A stretch of 64,000 nucleotides of DNA. Source: the human T2T-CHM13v2.0 reference genome, Homo sapiens. The stretch is taken from assembly GCF_009914755.1 (NCBI RefSeq), contig NC_060926.1; one strand, written 5' to 3'. The position numbers and the translations under genes are program-made. The notes under the pieces were generated by a model that worked only from the letters and a program-made list of their open reading frames with translations, did not search any database and was not told where the DNA came from. This document shows, in pieces, positions 1 to 16,052 of this stretch. Numbering within the stretch: position 1 is the first letter of the stretch; the number at the start of each line of letters is the position of its first letter.

Positions 1-415
1 GTACTGGCCACCTACATTATATATATGAATTGAAAATAAAATTTGTTACACGTAGAACAAAATAAATATTAAACAAATAAATCTCTCAGTAATCCATTTA
101 TTTGCAAATAAACCTGTAGAGTTGAAATCAAACATGTCAGAAAAGTTAAATTGCATCACAGTATCGTGGATAGAGTACAGAAGCTATTTACTGATCTGCC
201 AGTTACTACTGTATCTCTGAGCACGTCTCCTCATTTCTATGTATTTCAGTTTTCTCCTCTGTAAACAGGAAAGTTTGTACTAAATTATTTTTTATTCCTT
301 TTCATGCATAAAATTCAAAATCAGTTTCATCCTTCCACCTTCATTTTTGGCTAAATGCCACATTTACTGCCACCTGGTGTTCAAAATAAGTAGAATGTTT
401 TATTATACGAAGTGA

Positions 416-796
<381 letters not shown>

Positions 797-1922
797 GGAA
801 AGTACATTTTGCTGGTGTTCAGACTTAAGGTCCATCTGTAGATGAGCTGAAACAACCACTTCTGACTGTTTTATATATTAGAGTAATTTGCAAGGAGATA
901 ACTTCAGTTAGTAAACTTCACAGATCTGATTCAGATTAAAAAAATTTTTTTTTGTTTTTGCTGAGACATAATTTCAACAATTTATAATTGTTTTGTGGGA
1001 ACTTTTTTTTTGCTTACTTGTGATTTTTGTCCACAAATATTTATTTAGCTTATGCAAAGGGCACACCTGATACAGAAAGGCCTTCCTTTAATCATATAAC
1101 CTTGTGTTATATTCTCTTTTGATTTAAAAATTAAAGTAACAGAAAAAGAAAGAAAATATGGTATTTCAGAAATATATATGAAATTAAAACAAGACAAGGC
1201 AGAGGGACAGTAGAAATGGATGTAAATACTGGAATTTTTAAAAAAAGCTTTATTCTAAAATTTTAAATATAATTACTTTTTTGAAGCATTAGTTTTTAAA
1301 TATAGTATCTCAAACTTTGTTTAAATTTATGAAAATACTTTTACTCCTTCCATTACAATAAAATAGATTGGAGGAAATTCAAGATGTGATTGGTTAGGGG
1401 TAACAGGTAGAAGCCCTGGCTAGACAGGTATCCAACGAGTACAGTACAACAGGGTCGATGCCTAAAGAGTCAAAGCACTGTTTGAGGAGAGTTAAGGGAA
1501 CGTAGGCGGTAGCACCAGTGGTGGAGTGACACTCTTCAGAAGAGCTGTGCTCTGTTTAGTTACAGGCCCTTGGTTGTTTTCCAAGACCTGACACACTATT
1601 AAATGGAGATTACTCCTGAGTGTGGCACAGCTTTGAATAGACACCTGTAGTCTTCTGAACAGATATGAAATTTGAATGATAGCTTTAATATCCCCTCTCA
1701 CTTTTTTCATATGTTCACTAGTTTATCCTCTTGAAAGAAAGGAGAAAAAGAAAAGCAGAGCAATTGTAAGTAAAGGCACATGTGGGGAGAGGTATCTGGC
1801 AATGGTTTCTGCCTATTTTGATGAAATATGGATGTTAATGGTAAGAGCTCTATGCCAGAACTTTATATCTTTGCTTTTGGGTCAACTTTGTATTTTTTTT
1901 CTTCACAAAAAATGTAATAAAA

Positions 1923-2254
<332 letters not shown>

Positions 2255-4904
2255 TTAACAAAAGCCAAAGAGGTTGGGGGCAAGTGTTGGAGATTTAATG
2301 GTCCCTAGGAAAGAAAAGTTGGTTTGTTTTATTTAAGCAAAGAAGAAAGAAGCGTAGAGAAAACTTATTTTTACCAGAGATTTCTTCTTTCTTTTTTTGT
2401 TGAAAGATGTATGCTGAAGTCTCTCAAATTTGTTTATTTCTATCACCACTTGCACTATTTTAGCTTGAGTGCTGTGATCTTTAATTTGGACTATAGAAAC
2501 AGACTCCATACTGCTCTGTCAACTGCCAGCATTCCTAACTCTAACCAACTCTCTACATTCTCTTATTTAATGAGTGGTTCTCAGGATCAAGGTCAAATTC
2601 TTTAACATCCATTCTGATCTCTAGCATCAAGGTCTTTGCTTTTGCACTTTCCTTTGGTGGACCACTCTGCTCCAGCACTTATTTCTGAGCCACCTCTTTT
2701 GTCCTTCAGATCCTGGGCATCACACACTCTAAACCCTGCTTGACCTGCCAAGTATGGATTAGATTCCCCTCCTCCATGCTTCCATTATGCCCTCAAAGTG
2801 TGTGTCAAAGTATGTGTCACATTTTATTCTATTTCTTTATTTGGACTCCAGCAAAGACTTCCCAGAACAAGTGATGCTTGAGCTGGCCTTGGAAGGTTGT
2901 TCAAGAATTAGATGGATGGGGCTTGAGGGGGAATTGCAGGCAGAGGTAATATGGTATGCAAGAACAAGGCCTTTTGCAAATCTTCAGTTTCTGTATTGAT
3001 GAAGTTGAGGGAGGGCTTGGGAATGAGGGAAGGTAAGCCCAGAGAAAAGGAGGCATGGGTGATAAAGGTCTTGAATATGCCCTGCTGAGTTGCCTGAACT
3101 TAATGAGGAAAGGAGACATTTTAAATGTGGAAATATAAATTGTCACCATCATATTTGATTTTTAGAAGCATTATTCCTATTTTAAAAGAAAAAAGTACAT
3201 ATTACTCTGATAATGCTGGGAAGAAGGGTTTGAACAATAACATACATGAGAAAAAATAAAGACCTAAAGAAACTAGGGAAGTGAAAATGGAGCAGTATGG
3301 TCAGAAGTAGTAGGTTTTTTGGTTTGTTTTTCTAAGTAGAATTGAGAGGAAGTAAGTGCTTATTGAATTTGGGTAGGAGAGTAGATGGAGGCATATAAAA
3401 TAAACAGAAAAGTTTTGGACATTAGTGACAATAGATGGCAATGATAATTTCATTAACACTCCCCCCCATCCCACAAAAGAGTTAGTATTATAAGAGAAAT
3501 AGATTTAATGGTGGAAGATGATGAGCGAAGTTTTATACCTATTGATTTTGAGATGCTGTGAGACAGCCAAGTGGAAGTATTTAGGAAGAAGTTGAATGTG
3601 TAGAGATTAACATGATGTTGTCATTTATGAAAAATGGCCAAATATGTGGTTTAATACCTATATTACATATTTTTAAAATATATTTTTAACACCAAAGGAG
3701 TACATATAGAACAGAATCTCTGAATAAAGTAATGTATTTCACAGAAAAAAAACTTTTGTCAATCTCTCTATTCCTTAATGTGTAGAGAAATAATGTTTAT
3801 TTACAAAATTTAAAAGTTACAATTTCATTTTGAAATATCATATTGTATGTAACTATTTTCTGGATTCACACTTGTCACATTAGGGATCCATATGTGATAG
3901 CAATACACAGAAAAGATAACAAATATTGAGTATATCCCAGGATCCAATGTATGTGAGGTAGTAAGATATACAGAGAACTGTGTTATGTTGCCCATCCCCC
4001 TTCAGGAACAATGAACAACGGATTCATTTCTTCAGTTGGAGAGAGTATGGGATGCAGATGGCTCATAGCTGTGATTCTCTCTGGGAATTGTCCTTAACTA
4101 AAGGAAACAGCTGCACTCAAAGATTTGACCCTTTCTCAGAGGCAGCCCACATCTAATGACTGGTTAACATGAGTATTAAAGTCCTGATCGCTTGCTTGGG
4201 TACAAGTTAGAGCTTCCCATGATTTCACTGAGGCTGCTGTTGCAGCTGCACTGCCGTTCTGCTTCTCCTGCACAATCTTGTTTCCTGCTTCCTCTCAGCT
4301 ATAATTACAGAGAGTACTTCCCAATGAACTTCCATAGAAATCTTTTGCTGACTCATCTGTATCAGAAATAAGTTTTTATTGCATAGTAATATTGAGGAAA
4401 ATAAAGTCAGTTGCTACATGTAATATCATTCCAGAAAAACTACAGGAGTTTTGAGGAAAATAGTCTCATCTTCCAGCATCTGGCACTATTTATGACTTTT
4501 TCTCATTCTATGAAAGAATTAGAATGAAAGGGTTGGAGGCCAGGGCATGAATTGGCTAATGGTTAGAACTGTAAGAGCTGTGGGAAAGAAACTGGAAGTC
4601 CCCCATCCCCGGAACTATGGCTCTTTATAATTATATTGTAGACTGAAGGTACTAATCTCCACCATGGAAAAGTCAGAAGTTGAGGAGAGGTAAAAACTCC
4701 TCAATGACTGGTACCAGTCATGAGCTAGTATTGACAACCTCTTGTCTGGAGATCCTATTATTATAGTATTTTTTATCACAGATTTTGTAGTGTGATTAAA
4801 CCATGGAGAGTACCCCAACTTAAACAATGCACAAAAATTCTGGACTTAATAAACACAGATAACTTGCACTCCCTATTCTTTTCAGAGTATTCATCATCAT
4901 ATTC

Positions 4905-5247
4905 TGTATTAGTCCATTTTCATCCTGCTGATAAAGACATAACCGAAACTGGGTATTTATAAAGAAAAAGAGGTTTAATAGACACACAGTTCCACGTGGC
5001 TGGGGAGGCCTCACAATCATGGCAGAAGGCACTTCTTACGTGGTGACGACAAGAGAGAATTTGTGAAGGGAAACTCCCCCTTATAAAACCATCAGATCTC
5101 GTGAGACTCACTACCAGGAGAACAGCATGGAAAAGACCCACCCCCATGATTCAATTACCTCGCACTAGTTCCTTCCCAAGACATGTGGGAACTGTGGGAG
5201 CTACATTCAAGATGAGATTTGGGTGAGGACACAGCCAAATCATATCA
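4905..5247 (-). mobile_element. THE1-type MaLR solo LTR
   Basis: TGTATTAGTCC...ACAGCCAAATCATATCA is the reverse of the THE1 LTR termini. Confidence 0.85.
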
Positions 5248-6129
5248 AATTCCATGCTTCAACAATGTTGTTGGAACAAAAGGGATTTGTCTGAAGGTTC
5301 AGCCATCCATATATTCTTGTAACTTTTGGACACCCTCAAAAATATATATCTGAACCAGATCTCCAGAGATGTGCAAACTGAGACCCAATTGACACATTTA
5401 CCTTTGCTAAATTTCTAGGCCATTGGCATTAAGGGATGTCATCACAAGCATCAGCCTCATGGGATCTGGAGAAGGAAGAGGAGGGCGATAGCCGAAATGA
5501 TGGCCACTGGCTCATTGTAGCTTTAAATGATCTACTCTACAGGTTTTTGGAAGTCACCTTTATCATATATATTTGGAAAATCATCTGTGTCATCAGGTTG
5601 GGTTGGCAAGAACATTGGAGTTCTCAGGAATTGAAAACATAATGACTCCCTTTGACTAATTTATTTTCTTTAACATTATTCCCGCAATCACTTGACTTTC
5701 TATCCTATTTTTCAGTGATTTTACTTTGAAATATGACGGGTAATGAGCTGTAAAATAATGAGATATCATCTTCTCTGTCCTACATTTAAATTTGGAATTT
5801 CTATATCTGAACAAGTATGTTTAGAGTCAGTATTAAAGAACATCCATTTTTAGAAAGAATTTGAAACAACTCTATGAAGGGATAAAACATACTATTGTGT
5901 CTTAAAAGGCTAGGCTTCAGAGACAGGTGAAGTTTGTTAATTGTGTTATCCTGAGAGTTATTTGAACACTCTGGGCCCTAGCTCTCTCATCATAGGAATA
6001 ATAACACCTGCCTTGTATGAGTCTGTGAGGATTAAATAAAACTGTATTTATATAAAGACCTTAACACTGAGCTTGGCACATAATTCTTACCCTCATACTA
6101 CACTACCCTGATTATTGCAGCTTTCTGGT

Positions 6130-8700
6130 TGTTTTTCAAACCAGGTAATAAAAGTTCTCCAAGTTTGTTACTCTTATTCAAATTTATCTAGGCTATTCTA
6201 GGATCTTTGCATTTCCATATAAATTTTATAATTGGTTTGATGATATCTACTGTGATATTTATTGGGATCATGTTGAACCTGCAGATTAATTTGGAAAAAA
6301 ATTTATATCCTAGCAATATTGGATTTTCCAATCCATGAGCAACGTATTTTTTTCCATTTATTTAGGTCTTGTTTAAGTCTTCTAAAAAATGTTTTATAGT
6401 CTTTACAGTATAGGTCTTACACACAGTTTGTCAAATTTATCTCTAAGTACTTCATTTAAAAAATGTTCTTGTACATTGAATTTGACATTTTAATTAAGTT
6501 AATTTTTCAGTAATTAAATCATATTATAGGGAAACACTCTATGTTTATTGACCTTGTACCAGCTAAACTCTATTAGGTGGAATAGTTTTTTCCTTCTAAA
6601 AACTTAGTAAGATTTTAGGTGTAGGTAATGTATTTGTCTGCAAATAAAGACAGATTTACTACATCTTTGATCTATGGATCATTTAGAAATGACTTTTCCT
6701 TTTTTTTTTTAAATAGGGGATTTTACATATAGCTCTTATTTGTTGCTTTATAGTTTAATTTTGATGGAGTCAGAGAACATATTTGAATAATTTCAGTGCT
6801 TTCAAATTTGTTCACACTTGTTTTATGTTCTAGCTTATTATGTATCAGTTAATACTTTGCTTGTGCTTGAAAAGAATGTGTCTTCTGCTTATGTTAGGAG
6901 AGTGTTGTAAATGTCAATGAAGTCAAGTTGGTTGTTCACATCTACATTCTTTCTGACTACCTGTGTACTTGTTCTACTAATTACTGAAAGAGGAGTGTTG
7001 AAAACTCTGATTATATTTAGGAACTGGTTATTTTTCCTTTTATCTCCATCAGTTTTGCTTTATGTATTTTGAAGCTATGCTATTATATTCATACACACTT
7101 AAGATTGCTATTTATTCTTGTTAATTTGCCTCCTTTATTACTATAAAATATACATCTTTATCTCTGATAATATCACTTTCTTGTAAATCTACTTATTTTC
7201 AATTTTAATACGGTCAGTCCAAATTTCTTTGAATTGTTTGCATGTATATTTTATCACAATTTTGTGTTGTTAATCTGTTTGTATCTTCATATGTAATGTG
7301 GGTTTTGTAATTTAAAATTTCTATTTGACATCATTGTTAATTTTAAGTTATGTTTAGAAGTATTTTAATGATGTAACTATTAACATTTTTATCAATATAT
7401 AATGTCATTTAAATCAATCATCTTGCAATTTGTTTTCTATTCTTCCAATCTGTTCCTTTTTGTTTTACAAATTTTTAAAAATAATTTGCTATTTTTAGGA
7501 TTTTAATATATTCCCTCTATTGGCTTATTAGCCTTTCTTTTTGTTTTATATTTTTAATTATTATTCTGCAATTTACAATATATTGTTTCAACTTATCACA
7601 GCCTAACTTGAAATACTATTATTATACTACCTCATGTGTAGTATACAAATCTTAATTCAGTATAAATCTATTTCATCAGTCTTGTCCTTTGTACTATTGT
7701 TAAACATTTTTCTTATATATATGTAATATGTATTACAAATACATCATCAACAACAGACGTTGTTATCTTTGCATTACACAATCTTTTAAAATATATTCAA
7801 AATGATAAAATGTTTTTTACATTAATCCACATGTTTATGTTTCTAGTGTTCTTCATTCTATTGTTTACATCCACATTTCAATCTGATATCATTTGCTTTC
7901 TGCCTGAAGAAATTCCTTTGGCCTTTCCTGTAGTATAGCACTACTGGTGGTCAATTCAATTATTTTGTGTTTGTCTTAAAAAGCATCTATTTATCTTCAT
8001 TTTGGAAATATTACCCATATTTTAAATTGCTACGTATTGGCTCATGGGTCATAGAAGCACTTTGTTTTTTCCTCTCCTTGTTAAATTTAGATAGTTTTTA
8101 TTCCTACAGCTTCAAGTTCATTGATCTCTTCTGCAGTGTCTAATCTGCATTTAAACCCATTCAGTTTATTTTTCATTTTGGATGATTTTTTAAAAATCCC
8201 TAATACTTCCATTTGGGTATTTAAAAAACATTTCCAATTTCTCTTCTTATTACATTTATGTGTTCCTTTATGCTTTTGTTCACAGTTATACTATATATAA
8301 TAGCTAGTTTAATATTCTAGTCTGCTGATTTCATAGTTTATATGGTAACCGATTTTTGTTTCTTTTTCCTTCTAGTTAAAAGTCATATTATCTGCTTCTT
8401 CCCTACCCTAAATATTTTCACTGGACACTGGACAGTGTGAATTTTATAATGTGCTATATTTTATTATATTTCTAAAATATACCAGGCACTTAAACTATGT
8501 TCAGAGTAGTTTAACCTTTTTGAGGCTTAAAGTATATTTAAGTCAGGTCCAGAGTAGCATTTCATACAGGACAGGGATCCTCACATTTTTGTTGTCTCAG
8601 GATCCCTTCTGTCATGTTTCACAGTCCTGTGTTACCTATTTTTCAATGTCTAAAGACATTCGTTTCATATCTTTATCTCGTTTTCTAGTTTTACAATGAC
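6130..8700 (-). mobile_element. Old, degraded L1 (L1M-type) fragments
   Basis: T-rich, with reverse L1 ORF2-like phrases such as tttgcatttccatataaatttta and gaaaagaatgtgtcttctgct; boundaries approximate. Confidence 0.65.
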
Positions 8701-10730
8701 ACAGCAGTTTCCACAACAGTTAATCCATCCTAAATGGAAACAGAAGACCCTAACTTTACTTTTAAATAACCTTAAATAAATCTAATTTTCTCAGTGATTG
8801 TACCCCCACAATAACGACAGCTTGAAATTTCATTTTTTCTCTTCAGCATTAGAATATTTAATTTTTATGCATTAAACCAATGAAGATGAGCAGGGATAAC
8901 TAAGACATGGAGAGCATAATGACAGAGTAATGATTAAATAAAACTTTCTATAATCAACAACATAGAATCTCCAGAGCACTGACGTGAATGACTCTATCTT
9001 ATAATCTCAGAAAGAAAAATATCCCATACAATTAATATTATACAAGATTTATTAATAACAATATTCACCAAGGGAAAACAATCAATATAAAACATACAGA
9101 GAACATTATAATGTCTTAGGCATGCCTGTGTTTACTACATAATAATTCATGGTATAGTTATAATAGTACACCACATTTCCATTTGCTTGTTGATTTGTGT
9201 AAAAAGTCAAGAGGCTGATATCTGTAGTATATGATGAGACCATGGGGGTCATCCACTCTCCCCCCATCAATAGCAGCAATTACACTTAGGCAATTGTGTT
9301 AATAATTTTGGCTAATTAAAGTAAATGCACAAAGGCTGTTATATTGTACGTTTAATGCATAGTCTGTTATTGAGGGAAAAATATCCTCTATATTTTTATC
9401 TAAAATAATCAAAAGGTAATGTGATTATACTGGGGAATAATGATAGCTATTCCAGGAAGGTGCCTGGCATCTCCTGACACTTCTCATCATCGGTATTAAG
9501 AAAATAGAACAGAGTGGATTCATATCCTACAAGCTAGTCCATCAGTGGCACATCAGCACTGAATAGTACATCACAAGCACTTGTCCAATTATAAGATGGC
9601 CTCATGATAGCTGCTTTTGCTTCTTAAATAATCTATAGTGAAAGAATTTCTCTGGATTTTCATACTTGAGGCTTCTATATATTTTATATTTCTGTTTAGT
9701 GATAGAATTCTGGTTATTGTTTTAATTTATGTGAGTTTTCTGTAAAAGTACTGCAGATCAGTGTAAGCTAATGCACATGCAATCAATGCCTTGCAAGGCT
9801 TTTCATCACACTTTCTTCCTCTATAGATCAATTGCTAATAAAGGTATCCAATTACTTCCCTCAGAGTGTACTTGGGAATAGCATTAAGTGAAGGAAGCTT
9901 GATTTGGTCACCTGCTTATAACTGTACATTATTCACAATACCTTTCCTGTGTGCATAAAATGCTGCAGCAGCAGAGATCCCCAGCAGACCTTGGCTGGTT
10001 GTGCTTGGGTTGCACTGCAGCAGAATCTTTGCGTACACTGGAAGGATCCAGTGTTGTTGTTGTATTTCTGCAGAAAGCAATGTGAGGACACAGCAATATA
10101 TTTAGTAATTTAAAGGTCAAGAGAAAAGTAGACATCTTAGAGATGAATATTCGTCACTTCTGTGATGTTAAAAAAAATAAAAACCACTCGTCTCCCTTAA
10201 TCAAACTGATGTTACTATCATGGAATCTTGCTTGTCCTAAATATGTCAGTGCTCCAACTTGGTCTAAAGAAGGTTCACTCAGTTGAGAAAACAAATCGTT
10301 TTCTTGACCAGAACTATCAAGCATGATTGTTAGAACAATTAAAAAGAAATATTTATTCAGCAAACCAAGGGGGCTCTTTCACATATGAAACAAGATGAAA
10401 TACTCAAAGATCAAAAAGGCATCCCTGCTTTACATTGCACTGTTTCATGGGTTCACGATAAATTCCTTCCTGTTAGTTTTTGTTTAGGAATCTTGGAGAG
10501 ATTTCTACTAAGCAAAAAAGTAAAAGTCAATGTAGGATTAGCAACTACTGCTTATAATACCTATACAGTTAATTAAGAGTCAATTATCATGGGATGTTAT
10601 GTTAGACAGCTATGCTACCTGTTAACACTGTGCAATTATATTCAGGTTAGGTTTCAGATAATGTAATCATCTTAATGATGATACCTAGTTAGAAAATAAA
10701 GTTTTATTCCATCTAAAGCTCCTATTTATT

Positions 10731-11030
10731 TATTTTTTATTTTATTTCTTTGAGATGGAGTCTCGCTCTGTCACCCAGGCTAGAGCTCAGTAGCATGATC
10801 TCTGCTCACTGCAACCTCCGCCTCCCAGATTCAAGCAATTCTCTTGCCTCAGCCTCCTGAGTAGCTGGGATTACAGGCGCCCGCCACCACACCCAGCTAA
10901 TTTTTGTATTTTTAGTAGAGACAGGGTTTCACCATGTTGGTTAGTCTGGTCTCGAACTCCTGACCTCGTGATCCACTCACTTCGGCCTCCCAAAGTTCTG
11001 AGATTACAGGCATGAGCCACCGCGCCCGGC
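10731..11030 (-). mobile_element. AluS with 17 bp TSD TAAAGCTCCTATTTATT
   Basis: Reverse Alu; TSD at 10714-10730 and 11031-11047. Confidence 0.93.
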
Positions 11031-11224
11031 TAAAGCTCCTATTTATTAAGAAAAATATTGAAGAGTTTTAATCACTGTGCGTGTCCTGAATTGTTTGCAG
11101 TTTTGCTCCTCAGAATGACAGAGCATGGCACTCATTTTTATGAGCAGTTCTACTGTGGTTCCAAGCTTGTGCAACATACTCAACAAAATACAAGAATCAT
11201 AGTATGCACCCTATAATAGATAAT

Positions 11225-11320
11225 TTCCTTCTTTCTTTCCCTTCCTTCCTTCTTTCCTTCCTTCCTTCCTTCATTCTTTCCTTCCTCTTTCCTTCATTTT
11301 TCTTTTTTTCTCTCTTTATC
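11225..11320. repeat. (TTCC)n pyrimidine-rich simple repeat
   Basis: Directly visible. Confidence 0.8.
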
Positions 11321-11934
11321 TTGATTTTAATGGAGAGAAATAAGATTTAAGCTTACTCTGGGGAACACTAATATAGGAGATAAAATTTGAGTTATTTCAG
11401 TTTCTAAACCTACTAAAGGCCAAAAGTTCAGCTGATGCATGAACCAGGGATATGCAATTATTGTAGAAAGAAGAAGTCACACTCCAAGGAGACCATCTGA
11501 AGAAAAGTAAGCAAAGGGGCCTGTAAATACTGTAGGCAAGGTTTAAGGAGAAACCAAGGGATTCTGCTTCTAAGACTGAAGGGACAAGAAAGGAATAGTT
11601 ACCAAAAATTGCCCTAGAGATTAGATGTAGATATAAGAAACATTTACAGAAATTGTGGCCATAGGTAAAGAACGGAAACTATACCCAGTGACTGGGGAGG
11701 GAGCAAACACTTGGTCCGGGGCTTCCCATTGGTCAAACCCAACCGGAAGCCGGAGGTCAAGAGAACCCATTGAAACAGCTCTTGTGAGTGAGTCTCTAAG
11801 AGCTGAGCACAAGGAGAAGAAGGGTAAAGAGTAGTTCTGGCAGGGTAAAAGGAAGATATCCAGTACAGCTGATAAACTGTTACAAATATACTACTCTGAC
11901 AAATTTCATTTATTCTTCAATCAATGTTGTTTAG

Positions 11935-12250
11935 CAGTGCTTTCTAAGATGATGAAAATGGAATAAATATGTGCTATCAAATACGGTGGCCTCTAGATAC
12001 AGGCTTTTATTGAATACTTGAAATGTGGCTAGTGGGATTTAGAAACTAAAGTTTTGATTTTATTTGCTAATTATTTTAAATTTGAATAGTCACATATGAC
12101 TAGTAGCTACTGGTACAGATCTCGGTAACTGTTTCTTAAACTTTACTGTGCATTAGAATCAGTTGAAGGGCTTGCTAACACAAGCCCCACTACCATAATT
12201 TCTGATTCTGTGGTAGGGCCACTGAATATGCATTTCTGAAAAGTTTCCAG
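11935..12250. mobile_element. hAT-Charlie MITE remnants (MER3-like, then MER5-like)
   Basis: Phrases cttgaaatgtggctagtg and ttcttaaactttactgtgcattagaatca...tgcatttct. Confidence 0.55.
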
Positions 12251-13661
12251 ACACATCATATTAAAATGTTGAATATTAAAGGCAGAAAAATCTGGAATGC
12301 AGCCAGAGACAGATGATGCAGCCAGAGAGAGATGATGGTGATAGAAATCACTGACTTATATTTTCATTAAACCCCGTATTGACTTAAAGTGTACACACAG
12401 AGTTGCAAATTGACATTGAAATTCAATCATAACACATAGGTAAAACTGAACCACAATACACTGTTGTCAAGAAATGGTTCTAAATAAGAAACACAGTAAT
12501 ATGAAATTGTAAAGCAAGAATGAGAAACATTAGGCCCCCAAATCCTGTATACAACATAGATGTACTATTTAAAAAGAATCCTCTTAGATAACTACAATTT
12601 TCAACTGTGAATGTGCACCCACGGAGAGTATTTTTTTTTGAAGATCCAAGATGTACATGTGCTTCTTTGTTACATGGGTATTACATGAGTAGTGGTGAGG
12701 TTTAGGCTTCTAGTGTACCCACCACCTCACCCAAATATTGAACATTGTACCCAACAGGTAATTTGTCAACCCTTAGCTCCCTCCCACCTTCCTCACTTTG
12801 GAGTCCCTAGAGTCCATTATCCCACTTATAAGTGAGAACATAAGATATTTTACATTCTGTAGCAGACATAATTCTTAAAGATTGGCTGAATAGAATTCTT
12901 CTAACAGAAAAGATGAATAAAAGAAGAGATCATGGAGCATCAGGAAGGAAGAAATAATACTACAAAAAGCAGAAATATAGGTGCATACAATGTGCTTTCT
13001 AAGTGATGTTTGATGATTGGAACAAAATTATAGCATAGTCTCATTCTCATGATGATATTATAAAAATGGAGAAGAAAATGGGAGGTTAAAATAGTGATAC
13101 CAGTAGACTTATAAAGAGATAGATAGATAGAGAGATAAATAAATACAGGAATACTCAGAACAACCACTACCAAAAATGATACACTCAAAATCACTATAAT
13201 TAAACCAGATGAAATCCTAAAATATGTTCCAGGAACATGCAGGAAGAAGAGAAAAGAGAAACAGAGATCTGAGTCCAGAGAAAACAGACAGAAAATAACT
13301 AATAAATGGTAATCTTAAGTACTGGTATATCAATAATTGCCTCAAGTGTAAGAGGTCTGAATACATCAACAAAAAAATGGATAAAAAGTATACCTCAGCT
13401 AAATGCTGCTTACAAGAAACTCCCTTCACATTCAATGACATACATAGGTTGAAAGTAAAATGATGAAAAAAATTGCCATGCAAACCTTAATTAAAAAAAA
13501 AATAGAATGGGCTATATTGTTATCTGATAAAGTTGACCTCAGAGGAAAGAAAATTATTAAATACAAAAAGGGACATTACATAATGACAAAAAAGCAAGCT
13601 ATTAGGAAGAAATACCAGTCATATATATGCATCAAAAAACAGAGTTTCAAAATACATGTAA

Positions 13662-13930
13662 GCATATTCTCACTCATAGGTGGGAATTGAACAATGAGAA
13701 CACGTGGACACAGGAAGGGGAACATCACACTCTGGGGACTGTTGTGGGGTGGGGGGAGGGGGGAGGGATAGCACTGGGAGATATACCTAATGCTAGATGA
13801 CGAGTTAGTGGGTGCAGCACACCAGCATGGCACATGTATACATATGCAACTAACCTGCACATTGTGCACATGTACCCTAAAACTTAAAGTATAATAATAA
13901 TAAATAAATAAATAAAAAAGAAAAAAAGAA
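13662..13930 (+). mobile_element. 5'-truncated young L1PA (L1PA2/3-like) 3' UTR
   Basis: Near-consensus 3' UTR with G-tract; GATGACGAGTTAG is the GAG (non-Ta) diagnostic; A-rich tail. Confidence 0.85.
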
Positions 13931-16052
13931 AATCTGAGAGTGCTGAAAGGAGAAACAGAAAAATTCATAATTGTAGTTGGGGATTTCAACAGCTCTTTCT
14001 CAGGAGCTGATAAAAACACCAGACAGAAAATCAGCAAAGATTCTATATCCTGATTATCTGAACAACACAATCAGTGAACAGGGTCTAACAAACATATATG
14101 CAACACTTCATCCAACAATTGCAGAATACACATTTTCTTCAAGTGTCCATGAAGCAATTACTAAGATACACCATATCCAGGGTCGTAAAACAAACCTCAA
14201 TAAATTTAAAAGAATTAAAGTCATATATAGTGTATTCTTTGACCACAAAGGGATAAAATTATAAATTAATAACATAAAACAGAAGGAATATCTCCAAATC
14301 TGTAGAAATTAAACAGCACACTTCTAAATCCATGGTCCTAAGAGAAAGCCTTAAAGGAAATTAAAAAATACGTAGGGCCTAAGATGAAGCCTTAAAGGAA
14401 ATTTTTAAAATACACAGAACTGAATGAAAAAAAATTATAACATATCAAAATATGTAAAATGCCACTAAATAATGTCGAGGTGAAAACTTTTTATCTTAAA
14501 GGGTATATTGGCTATGAATAAATGTCTCAAAAAAACCCTAATTCCCTAACTCAAGGAATTATAAAGAGCAAAATAAATATAAAGCAAGCAGAAAGAATGA
14601 AATAACAAAGATAATAGGAGAATCCTATAAAATAGAAAAATGGAAAACAACAGGAAAAATCAATGAAACAAAAGGCTGTCTTTAAAAAAGTCAATAAAAT
14701 TGATAAACCTGTAAATAAAAGTAAAATACATACCATATTAATGAATAAGGAAAAATAAGGCAAAAATACCCAAACGATTCTCAAAACAATTTGGTAGGGT
14801 TTTGATGGCAACCCTATCAAAATCCCAACTTGGCTTTTTGTAGAAGTTAACAAGCTTATCATAAAATTTATGTAGGAACAGGACAGGGCCCTAGAATAAC
14901 CTAACTATCTTGAAAAAAATTTAGAACAAAGTTGAAGGAGTCGTATCTTCTTATTTCCAAGCTTACTACACAGCTACTGCAATCAAAACAGTCTGGTGAT
15001 GGAAAAAGAATAGATATATAGGTCAAAGGAATAGAGAATCCAGAAATAAATGTTACATTTATGGTCAATTGATTTCAACAAGAGTGTCAAGACAATTGAA
15101 TGGGGAAAGAACAATACTCAATAAATGGGACGGCTGGATAGCAATATGCAAAAGCATGATCTTAGACCCCTTTCTTAAACCATAGACACACAAAAATTAA
15201 CTCAGAAGCATAAACTTAAATATGAGAGCTAAAAGCACAAAACTCTTAGAAGAAAACATGGGAGTAAATCATCGTAAGCTTGGATTAGGCAATAGTTTCT
15301 CAAATATCCTAAAAGTACAAGCAAAAGTTTGATAAATTAGACTTCAACAAAATTAAAGCTTTTGTGTATCAAAGGACACAATCAAGAAAGTAAAAAGACA
15401 ACTCACATAACATGATAAAAATATTTGCAAATCATATATCTAATAAAGAACTGCTATCTAAAATATAGGAAGAACAGCAATAAAAGATAAATAACCCAAT
15501 TAAAAATGGGCAATGGATTTGAATAGGCATCCCTCCAAAGAAGACATACAGATATCCAGTAAACTCACGAAAACGTTCTCAACATAATTAGCCATTAGCA
15601 GAGTGCAAATCAAGACTACAGTGAGAATCTACTTCATACTCAGGATTGCTATAAACAAAAATACAGATAACAGATGTTAGCAAGGATGTGAAAAATTGGC
15701 ACCACATGCATTGTTGGTGGGAATATAAAATGATGCAACAATTTTGAAAACCAGTAGAGCAGTTTATCAATAAATTAAACATAGTGGTACAAATTTCACC
15801 TCTAAGTATATAGTGAAGAGAATTGAAATAATGGATCTACCCAAAAATTGTACGCTAATGTTCACAGCAGCATTATTCATAATACTCAAAATGTGGAAAC
15901 AATCCAAATGATGAATGGATAAATAAAATATAATACATCCACATAGTTAAATATTATTCAGCAATAAAGAGGAATGAAATAATGATACCTGCTACAACAT
16001 TTGAAATATTGTGCTAAATGAAAGAAGCCAATCACAAAAAAAAAATCACATA

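Noticed and set aside
13662-13930. Possible active-class L1HS-Ta insertion
   Set aside because: It carries GAG rather than ACA/ACG at the diagnostic site and is only a ~270 bp 3' fragment.
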